In this document: piece by piece, positions 55,916-63,164 of the stretch | Layout: the number at the start of each line of letters is the position of its first letter | Position numbering within the stretch: the first letter of the stretch is position 1 | Assembly (NCBI GenBank): GCA_963598415.1 | Contig: CAVBUH010000030.1 | Coordinates: 38,850-102,849 of the forward strand | Reading direction: 5' to 3' | Length of the DNA: 64,000 bases | Source: Selenomonadaceae bacterium | Lineage (GTDB): Bacteria > Bacillota > Clostridia > Oscillospirales > CAG-272 | Position numbers and translations under genes: made by a program | Notes under the pieces: model-generated | What the model saw: the letters and a program-made list of their open reading frames with translations, nothing else | Told to the model about the DNA's origin: nothing | Database searches by the model: none

Positions 55916-55936
55916 TAGGTTTTTTGCAAAAAAATA

Positions 55937-56068
55937 CGAGGTTGTCCTTTTGGGAACAACCTCGCGGGAATTATTATGCTTTCTTCGTGCCAAATTGGCA
56001 CGAAGTGGTCCGGTTGATTTTCAACCAGACCAACTTACAAATCAAAGGCTCATTTTGAGCCTTTGATT
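55937..56068. other. Array of four different back-to-back hairpins
   Basis: H1 55937-55964 (9+2 bp), H2 55983-56005 (9 bp perfect), H3 56006-56032 (11/12 bp), H4 56040-56068 (13 bp perfect, then TTTT on the plus strand). Confidence 0.8.
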
Positions 56069-56114
56069 TTAAGTGGGCTAATTTCGCCCGATGGTTTTAT
56101 TACAAATCCTTCAA

Positions 56115-56167
56115 ATATTTCGTGTTTTCTTCGCTTTTTGGCAATTTTCACACTAAAAAGTGAAAAT
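56115..56167. repeat. Short direct repeat Q (weak match to 59241-59297)
   Basis: ATATTTCGTGTTTTCTTCGCTTTTTG...TTTTCACACTAAAAAGTGAAAA versus ACATTTCGTGTTTCTTTCGTCTTTTG...TTTCGACACAAAGGGTGAAAAA. About 70-75% identity by eye. Confidence 0.4.
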
Positions 56168-56175
56168 TCACTTTC

Positions 56176-57384
56176 TCAAGTGGGTGTCGCCTCTGACAAA
56201 CTGAAATATACATTTTCGTTGTCAAAAAGCAATTCTACGGGCTCATTGTAAATCTTGTTCACCGCATTGATGTTATCAACAAACGGGCGAACGCAAGCAC
56301 AATGTTCGTGCGCAAAAAGTTCCATGGTATTTTCTGTGCGCTTTTCGCTATAATTTTGAACCTTATCACCGGCTTCAATAAGATTTTCGTCTACTTGACC
56401 ATCGCTTATTTTCGGAATTTTAGCAATTGTTTTCCCAAGTACTCTATTCAAGCTTGCGACACCTTTTAAGGTATAGGCTTCGATGGATGTTTTTGAATCA
56501 CCTTCTATCCTCTGATAGCATTTTTCATGCAAATCGTGATACTGACCTGCGTACAGTTGAATTTTGCTTGTTACGGCATTCAAATATCCGGCATCAAAAT
56601 TTTCAAGTAGCATTACTTCAAGGAAGGATGAGAAGGAGAAGATATACATTGCAAGCTCGTAATCCTTGAATTCGTACTGAACTTTTTGTATCTTGGATTT
56701 TACATCTCGGTCACTATGCAACAATCCTTTCTTAGTAACCTTCTTTTCAATTTGCTCGCGGCAGAAAATTATGCTTTGCTCCGCATCGCGCTTTATTTCT
56801 TGAACTTGAATATGCTTATTGTTTTTGTATTTTTTGTTGTCCCAATTGTACTTGTATTCGTCAAGTATTTCCTGCAGAACAGCGATATTGCCTTTCAACA
56901 TAGCTTTCTCTTTCAATTGTAAAAACTCGATAATATCCTTTTGCGCTTCTTCAATTTGGTCGAGTTTTTTTGTGATGGTTGATATAGCTATCGCCATCAG
57001 CATAATAGCCGGGTTAATTTGAGCAACCGTTCCGGCGGCTCCTTGAACCGCCTCAAAACGCGCTCTTTGCGTAATCGTTCCGCTTGCATCTACAACGTTT
57101 CCAAGCAAACCGCCATCTTTGGCAATTTGCAGACTTTCTCCCAACCGTAAACCATTTGGAATCCGCATACTGTATAACTGTTGTCCTACTCCTGAGTTTT
57201 GAACGCCGTTAAAAACATTCTTCAGCGCAGGTGCAATCGAAGCAAAAGTTGCTCCCATTGCAGATAGTTGACCAAGAGGAATCTTGGTATATTCTTGTGT
57301 AGCAACTTCATCTTGAATAACGGGGTAACACTCAATTTCCGTCATCGCACGAACTATTGCGTTTTTCTTTGTTATTTCATCCAT
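56176..57384 (-). CDS. Hypothetical protein (402 aa), no recognised domain
   Basis: AGGAGG sits 9 nt before ATG 57384. Gly/Ala-rich N-terminal third, one hydrophobic helix INPAIMLMAIAISTI, then a K/E/Q-rich helical region. Confidence 0.6.
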   Translation of the reverse strand: MDEITKKNAIVRAMTEIECYPVIQDEVATQEYTKIPLGQLSAMGATFASIAPALKNVFNGVQNSGVGQQLYSMRIPNGLRLGESLQIAKDGGLLGNVVDASGTITQRARFEAVQGAAGTVAQINPAIMLMAIAISTITKKLDQIEEAQKDIIEFLQLKEKAMLKGNIAVLQEILDEYKYNWDNKKYKNNKHIQVQEIKRDAEQSIIFCREQIEKKVTKKGLLHSDRDVKSKIQKVQYEFKDYELAMYIFSFSSFLEVMLLENFDAGYLNAVTSKIQLYAGQYHDLHEKCYQRIEGDSKTSIEAYTLKGVASLNRVLGKTIAKIPKISDGQVDENLIEAGDKVQNYSEKRTENTMELFAHEHCACVRPFVDNINAVNKIYNEPVELLFDNENVYFSLSEATPT

Positions 57385-57452
57385 AGTTGATGACCTCCTC
57401 ATTGTTTTTCACAATAGGTCTTGTAAATTTTGCGAATAAACTTCGAGGGCTT

Positions 57453-59180
57453 TTACAAGCTCTTCAAATATTCAGTGGCGTTCACATACTGAACCCCATC
57501 CACGTCCTTTGTTTCTCCGCTGTAAATTACGTATTTGCCCGTGATTTTGCCAAATCTCTTTTCGGTAATCTCGTTCAATTCTTCCATACGCAAGAATCTT
57601 GCCTGTTGCTCTACGATTTTGTCGCTGTGCTTTACTTCATAAATGCGGCAGGTGTTTGTGTCTTTATCATAGATCACCATGTCATACTCGCCGCGAACGT
57701 CAAACTTGAATTTGAACACCTCTTGGCTACGAGGAGCGGCTTTGGATGTCTCAAGCAACACAATATCCTCAAGCATTCTGCCTTTTACATCGTCAAGAAT
57801 CTTCGTTGCGATATATTCTTTATCAAGCTCCGATACCGATTTGAAATATTCGTCCTGCTTCAGAGAATAAACAAGCGCTTTGGCTATGGAATAGCGCATA
57901 CCGGGCTGGAAGAATACGGTGTGTTCGGACTGTCCGCGCGTCTCATGGCGTTCGATACAATTTACAATCAAATCAAGCATAAAGAGATATTTTTTCACCT
58001 TCTCAATATGCTCCTGCGTGATTTCCACCGTGGTCTCGCGTCTTTCCTTCACTTCGATCAATACCTTCAGGCGGTCAACAATTGCTTTGGTATCTATGTC
58101 ATAGAGAATGTGCGCTCTCTCTGCAGGTGCTTCTTTCAAAAGAAGCTGTCTCGACGAACCAAGGTCATGGGATTTGAATTCTTCTTGCACCACGCTCAAA
58201 AGGAATTGGTGGTTCATGCTTTCAACGATTCGGTTGATGACATTGGTCAACTCACCCTTGTCGTAAAGCTCGCGCAACTGATTGAAATACTCGCCGTAGC
58301 TGTCGTTTTTCAGCGTGTGCTGAATATTACGGCTGATTGCGGTATCAATGTATTTTCTCGTGCTCTCATCGTCGCGGAAGGAAACGTCATCGAAAGCGGA
58401 ATCAGGGTCATCAAAACTCATATTCTCCATCTTGAGCGTTCCGCCGTATTCAATATAACTATCCACAGAATCAATACCAAGCAATCGCGAATATTCCCGG
58501 AAAGGAATAAAGGACGTGTGGATCGTTATGCTTCTGTCATACAGCTCGTCTCGGTTTGCCATAGCAAAGCCGAGGGAGTCCGTACCCGAAACGACGATTT
58601 TCATACCCATCATGGCGTATATATCGGAGAGAACCGCCGCCGTATTGATGAAATCCTCCATCAAGGTGATTTCGTCTATGAACACATACTTGTATCCGTT
58701 CTTGCTCAAAACATCAAGGTCCTTTGTCAGCATAGACATATTGTCGGTGGTCTTGATCTTGATATAAGCGGTATGCTCCACGGGAAGAGAACTAATCATT
58801 TGGAATAGTAGGGTGGTCTTACCAGTCCTACGTAAGCCGTAAAGAATACAAATTTTTCCGCCAATATCTCTCTTTATAAATTCTTGCAAGAGGTCATAGC
58901 AATCTCTCTTTTGATATTTGGCGACACCGCGCACAAGTGCTTGTATACTTTCACCGGTGACAACATTGGTGTGAAACCCGCCAATGCTCAAAACGGTAGC
59001 AGATGTGGGCACTTTCTGTCCATAAGCCTCAACCTTTTGGTAGATAGCATTGTATTTTGCGGTTTTTATTTTGCGTTCATCATTTTCGTAATTCTGATAA
59101 TTCCTCACGGACATACCAAGATAATCAGCACATTCGATTTGGCTGAGTCCCTTGGATATTCTTAGTTGTTTCAAAGTCAT
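57453..59180 (-). CDS. XRE-HTH + P-loop ATPase (AAA_14-like) + C-terminal DUF4143/PD-(D/E)xK-like domain protein
   Basis: LKQLRISKGLSQIECADYLGMS HTH, GLRRTGKTT Walker A, VFIDEI Walker B and C-terminal GEYDMVIY...CRIYEVKH. GAGGTG RBS precedes ATG 59180. Confidence 0.75.
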   Translation of the reverse strand: MTLKQLRISKGLSQIECADYLGMSVRNYQNYENDERKIKTAKYNAIYQKVEAYGQKVPTSATVLSIGGFHTNVVTGESIQALVRGVAKYQKRDCYDLLQEFIKRDIGGKICILYGLRRTGKTTLLFQMISSLPVEHTAYIKIKTTDNMSMLTKDLDVLSKNGYKYVFIDEITLMEDFINTAAVLSDIYAMMGMKIVVSGTDSLGFAMANRDELYDRSITIHTSFIPFREYSRLLGIDSVDSYIEYGGTLKMENMSFDDPDSAFDDVSFRDDESTRKYIDTAISRNIQHTLKNDSYGEYFNQLRELYDKGELTNVINRIVESMNHQFLLSVVQEEFKSHDLGSSRQLLLKEAPAERAHILYDIDTKAIVDRLKVLIEVKERRETTVEITQEHIEKVKKYLFMLDLIVNCIERHETRGQSEHTVFFQPGMRYSIAKALVYSLKQDEYFKSVSELDKEYIATKILDDVKGRMLEDIVLLETSKAAPRSQEVFKFKFDVRGEYDMVIYDKDTNTCRIYEVKHSDKIVEQQARFLRMEELNEITEKRFGKITGKYVIYSGETKDVDGVQYVNATEYLKSL

Positions 59181-59198
59181 TATCATCACCTCAATGTT

Positions 59199-59227
59199 AG
59201 TATATCACAATTCTGCGCAAAAATCAA
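59199..59227 (-). promoter_or_regulatory. Putative promoter of the two-gene cassette (TTGATT-17-TATACT, TGn)
   Basis: The minus strand reads TTGATTTTTGCGCAGAATTGTGATATACT. Confidence 0.5.
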
Positions 59228-59240
59228 CAGGATTGCGTAA

Positions 59241-59297
59241 ACATTTCGTGTTTCTTTCGTCTTTTGTTCATGCGTTTCGACACAAAGGGTGAAAAAG
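59241..59297. repeat. Short direct repeat P (weak match to 56115-56167)
   Basis: See 56115-56167. Confidence 0.4.
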
Positions 59298-59813
59298 AGT
59301 GTGCTCATGTGATAAAAGTGCCGCTTGCGGCAAAAATATTAGATGGACTTATAGCAACAGAAAAGGATGGGCCGTGAGAACCATCCCTCTAACTTATTCA
59401 GTTTCGCTTTTGTTTGTTTTTCGTCACCTCAAAGCTTACTTACAATCCTTGTACAACTTCATTGTCAAGTTGTTTCTTTCGTTCTTTCCAATCAGGCATA
59501 TACAAATGTTACCTGCTATTTTTACGCATTACTTCATTCCTCCTGATTTTATTGCAAATATTCCTCTTTACTCTATTCCAATGATACGTCTGTAATATAG
59601 GAAAGGACTATTCCAAAAACAAGTAATTTACGCCATCTAAACTTTAAGGTGATAGTGAAATGAATCACTATCACCCTAATTCATAGGTTATTTATCTTTT
59701 TGTTTGCTACGGCGCTCATGATAACTGAACTTCCTCTGACAAGGAGATGTGCGCCTCTAAAAAATTTATTACAAATGTGTTTTTTATTTGTGACTTTTTC
59801 TATACATAATCAA

Positions 59814-59844
59814 GGGCTACCGTTTGAATATCAAACGGTAGCCC
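59814..59844 (-). terminator. Hairpin downstream of the 321-aa surface protein gene
   Basis: Perfect 14-bp stem GGGCTACCGTTTGA/TCAAACGGTAGCCC with a 3-nt loop. The flanking T-run is weak. Confidence 0.5.
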
Positions 59845-59852
59845 CGACACAA

Positions 59853-60818
59853 TTATTCGCCCTTGTAATAATTGATTGTAAAATCGATGGTTCCGGTGTA
59901 TTTTCCGGGGTTAGCGGCATCGTCGGTAACTGTTACAGTACCGTCGAGAGTATCTCCGGATTTTGTGAGATTGCCGGTTTCTAAGGCGTTGGTGAATGCA
60001 AGCTCATTGCTTCCGCTTACAAGCTTGCCGCTTTCGCTGGCGGTAACGGTAACATAAGCATTTTCGTCAAGAATGAAGTTCTTAGCAGTAACAGTATAGG
60101 AGCCTGTTTTAGTAGTAGCATCTACGGTGATGGTGGCAGGAATTTCAACCTCGTAACCTCCGGTAACGGTATATTCGACATTTGCGCTCTGTTTCTTACT
60201 TTCGGTTGCTTCAACGATCTTTTGGGCAGAATTCCAATCGATTGTCAGTTTTGCAGTATGTTTGGTTGCAACGCCGGGAGTGTTGGAAGAACCGGTGCCT
60301 GAACCATCGCCAAGCTGACAACCCATTACATTGCTGTCAAGATAGAGCCACATTGTGTACTCACTTACCGCAGTATCAACGGGAAGAGTGATAGAAGTGA
60401 TATAATTGACCTGACCACTTGCATTAGCAACGGTGTCGGTACTGATGGTGTAAGCTACGCCTTCTTTAGAAACAGCACTGTTCACATAAACACCGGGAGC
60501 TTCGTCTGTTCCAATAAAAGCAGTGCAAGCAACGCCATAAATGGAAAGTCCTGAAGTTGTTCCGAGATTAATGGTCGCTTTAGCGTTTCCGTCTTCTGCG
60601 ATTTCAACGGTAGTTCCGGTCATAAGACCGTAGCCGTCAGAAAATTCAACGCCGCCCATAGCGTTTACATAGCAGGAAAGTGTTGCGTCCACATTGTAAT
60701 TACCTGCTTCGGTGGGTGTTGCCGTGAAAACTGTTACGGCAGTCATTGACATCATCACAGCCAATGCAAGAACCCAGCTCAGAATTTTCCCCATAGGGGA
60801 ACTTTTTATTTTGTACAT
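59853..60818 (-). CDS. Secreted/cell-surface protein, possibly NEAT-like ligand-binding domain (tentative)
   Basis: Signal peptide (ILSWVLALAVMMSMTAVTVFT), Thr/Val-rich beta-type sequence, adjacent to an iron/heme-type ABC importer. The NEAT resemblance is only pattern-level. Confidence 0.45.
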   Translation of the reverse strand: MYKIKSSPMGKILSWVLALAVMMSMTAVTVFTATPTEAGNYNVDATLSCYVNAMGGVEFSDGYGLMTGTTVEIAEDGNAKATINLGTTSGLSIYGVACTAFIGTDEAPGVYVNSAVSKEGVAYTISTDTVANASGQVNYITSITLPVDTAVSEYTMWLYLDSNVMGCQLGDGSGTGSSNTPGVATKHTAKLTIDWNSAQKIVEATESKKQSANVEYTVTGGYEVEIPATITVDATTKTGSYTVTAKNFILDENAYVTVTASESGKLVSGSNELAFTNALETGNLTKSGDTLDGTVTVTDDAANPGKYTGTIDFTINYYKGE

Positions 60819-60891
60819 TTTATGTACTCCTTTCTCGGCGTTTTACGCCATTAAAATTTTATTCTCAAGGCGTAACGCCCTTTGAGACAGT

Positions 60892-61374
60892 TTAGTTAAC
60901 GACCAATTGAAACGGCACATCAGCGCCGTTCATCGGTGAGTTATCCGCAATAGAGTAGGTATCGTAATGCAAGGTTGCATCATAAGTTCCGTGTTCCATA
61001 GCCCGTTTCAGTTCGACTTCGTACAAGACTTGACCCGGTTTTATGTATTTCGATTTATAAATCACTTCACCCGTATCATTTAAGATAACGCTGACTACGA
61101 AATAACAGGTGTTTGATTCGGGATTGTAAAAACGAGTGCTTGCTTTTGTTTTACCCGCATCTATTGTCCATGTATCAAATCCGGGAATTGATATTTTTTT
61201 AGACAGCGTTACCTGCGGATTAAAAGCCTGATCATTCTCGAATTGAACGTCGGGATTCAAAAAATATTTGTATCCTACGAATAAAAACAGCAGTAAACAC
61301 AAGACTGCGGTAATGCCGGCAACGACCATCGTATATCCGACTGTTTTTCTTTTGTTCACTTTGTTCTCACGCAT
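60892..61374 (-). CDS. Hypothetical single-pass membrane protein
   Basis: ATG 61374 gives MRENKVNKRK plus TM MVVAGITAVLCLLLFLFVGY. 8-nt overlap with the ATPase gene end. Confidence 0.55.
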   Translation of the reverse strand: MRENKVNKRKTVGYTMVVAGITAVLCLLLFLFVGYKYFLNPDVQFENDQAFNPQVTLSKKISIPGFDTWTIDAGKTKASTRFYNPESNTCYFVVSVILNDTGEVIYKSKYIKPGQVLYEVELKRAMEHGTYDATLHYDTYSIADNSPMNGADVPFQLVVN

Positions 61375-62179
61375 ACAATTCTCCTTTACGGCTGAATACA
61401 CAATGCTGTCTGCCGTTTGCTGTAGTTATAATATCGGAAGAAACCGAAAACGCTTCGTTTAATACATCTTTCGTAACGGACTGCCGAACCGTTCCCTGCG
61501 AAATGATTTTACCTTCTTTCATGATTACAGCTTCGTTACAAAACTCCAATGCCAAATTGATATCATGTAGCACCATAATGACAGTGATACCCTTTTTACG
61601 GTTTAAATTACGTACCAAATGCATTATTTCAAGCTGATAATGAATATCAAGATAGGTTGTTATTTCATCGAGTAATAATATCTTCGTATCCTGTGCTAAT
61701 GCCATTGCCAGCCAGACCCTTTGAAGCTGTCCGCCCGAAAGGGAAGATATTGTACGCTCAGCAAGATGTTTCGTTTCCGTATCTAATAGTGCCTGATCTA
61801 CAGCCGCGTCATCTTCGGCGTTATTTTTCCCGAATAATGTTTTATACGGTGTTCTTCCGGCTTCCACAAGCTTTCTTACCGTAATATCCGACGGAGCAGT
61901 ATTGCTTTGATGAACAACCGCAACTTTTTTGGCAAGAACATTTCGTTTATAATCGTTTATGCTTTTCCCATCCAAAAGAATAACTCCGCTGTCAGCATTC
62001 ATAATTCCTGCGATTAAATTTAACAGGGTTGATTTGCCGCAGCCGTTTGCACCAATCAGTGCAGTGATCTTTCCCTTGGAAAATGAAGTATTGACATTTT
62101 GCAATATAGGACTTTTCTTATCATAGGAAAAGGAAAGGTTTTGTACCGACAAATATTCATTACTTACCATAGATCGCAC
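61367..62179 (-). CDS. Iron-siderophore/heme/cobalamin-type ABC transporter ATP-binding protein (FecE/FhuC-like)
   Basis: GANGCGKSTLL Walker A, LSGGQLQRV and LLLDEITTYLD. Confidence 0.9.
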   Translation of the reverse strand: MRSMVSNEYLSVQNLSFSYDKKSPILQNVNTSFSKGKITALIGANGCGKSTLLNLIAGIMNADSGVILLDGKSINDYKRNVLAKKVAVVHQSNTAPSDITVRKLVEAGRTPYKTLFGKNNAEDDAAVDQALLDTETKHLAERTISSLSGGQLQRVWLAMALAQDTKILLLDEITTYLDIHYQLEIMHLVRNLNRKKGITVIMVLHDINLALEFCNEAVIMKEGKIISQGTVRQSVTKDVLNEAFSVSSDIITTANGRQHCVFSRKGELYA

Positions 62180-63164
62180 CGCTCCTTTTCAAAAGGATTA
62201 TAAGCATCGGACCACCTATGAACGCCATAATAATTGACGCGCTGATTTCATAAGGATATGCGATCATTCTGCCAAAGGTATCGGCAAACAAAAATACAAG
62301 TGCTCCGAGAAGTGCGCTAAACGGCAGCAATCTCTTATGTTCGCTTCCCACAAGTAACCTTGCAATATGCGGAACGATGAGACCGAGAAAACTGACCGCA
62401 CCAATAATAGCTGTGAATACCGATGCCATTAAAACTGACACAACAGACACGATAAGCCTTGTTTTGTTAACGCTGATACCAAGGCTCATAACGGTTTTAT
62501 CGGAAAACGAAAGTAGATTACAGCGGTTTGCAAGCAACATACAGGCAATGAATGAAATAATCGCATATATCAGAAGAATGTGTACATCTTCCCAATCCTT
62601 TAGAGAAATATTTGCATTGATGATACTTGCCGCGCCCGTATAAGTCGAACCGGTAAGTGCGTTAAAGGCTTGATACAGACCTGTAAAAAACGTATCAATT
62701 GCGATACCTGTCAAAATCAGTCTTGCCGGGCTGATTTCCTTGCTCCAAGCAAGAAAATAAACAGCAGCAAACGCAATTATACCGCCGGCAAAAGAGAAGA
62801 TAGGTGTCAGTGCCGCAAAAGAAGGAAATAATGAAGACACAATCACTGCCGCAAACGCAGAACCTGACGTAACGCCAATAATTCCGGGATCTGCGAGAGG
62901 ATTGCGCATGACCGCCTGCATTAAAACGCCCGACATTGCCATTATAGCGCCGCCTAATATTGCTACGATGATTCTTGGAAAACGAAGCTGCAAAATGATC
63001 GCCACGGTTTCATCGTATTCCAGAAACAATCCTCTGAAAAGCTGTGATACGGTAGTATGAAGTCCACCTGTATTTATTGCCCAAAAGAAGCAAAGCAAAA
63101 GAAGAAATGCAGTTATTAAAAATAGGATTATGGTTTTTGTCGATATTTTTTTCACTTTACTCAC
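62160..63164 (-). CDS. FecCD-family ABC transporter permease
   Basis: 334 aa, highly hydrophobic (about 9-10 helices), typical FecCD/BtuC layout. It overlaps both neighbours. Confidence 0.88.
   Translation of the reverse strand: MSKVKKISTKTIILFLITAFLLLLCFFWAINTGGLHTTVSQLFRGLFLEYDETVAIILQLRFPRIIVAILGGAIMAMSGVLMQAVMRNPLADPGIIGVTSGSAFAAVIVSSLFPSFAALTPIFSFAGGIIAFAAVYFLAWSKEISPARLILTGIAIDTFFTGLYQAFNALTGSTYTGAASIINANISLKDWEDVHILLIYAIISFIACMLLANRCNLLSFSDKTVMSLGISVNKTRLIVSVVSVLMASVFTAIIGAVSFLGLIVPHIARLLVGSEHKRLLPFSALLGALVFLFADTFGRMIAYPYEISASIIMAFIGGPMLIILLKRSGAIYGK

Larger units (their letters stand above)
51784..59300 (-). mobile_element. Degenerate integrative island adjacent to tRNA-Ser (right boundary not defined)
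   Basis: It holds an att-like tRNA 3'-end repeat, an integrase remnant, a RepA-like ATPase, an excisionase-like HTH, a LexA/CI-like repressor and toxin-immunity and cargo cassettes. All genes are on the minus strand. Parts look visibly AT-richer by eye. Confidence 0.55.

Noticed and set aside
57387-58808. 473-aa plus-strand ORF antisense to the HTH-ATPase gene
   Set aside because: The minus-strand frame carries clear HTH, Walker A/B and nuclease-like motifs. The plus-strand translation is low-complexity (F/L/I/H-rich) with no start context, so it is a shadow ORF of an AT-rich gene.
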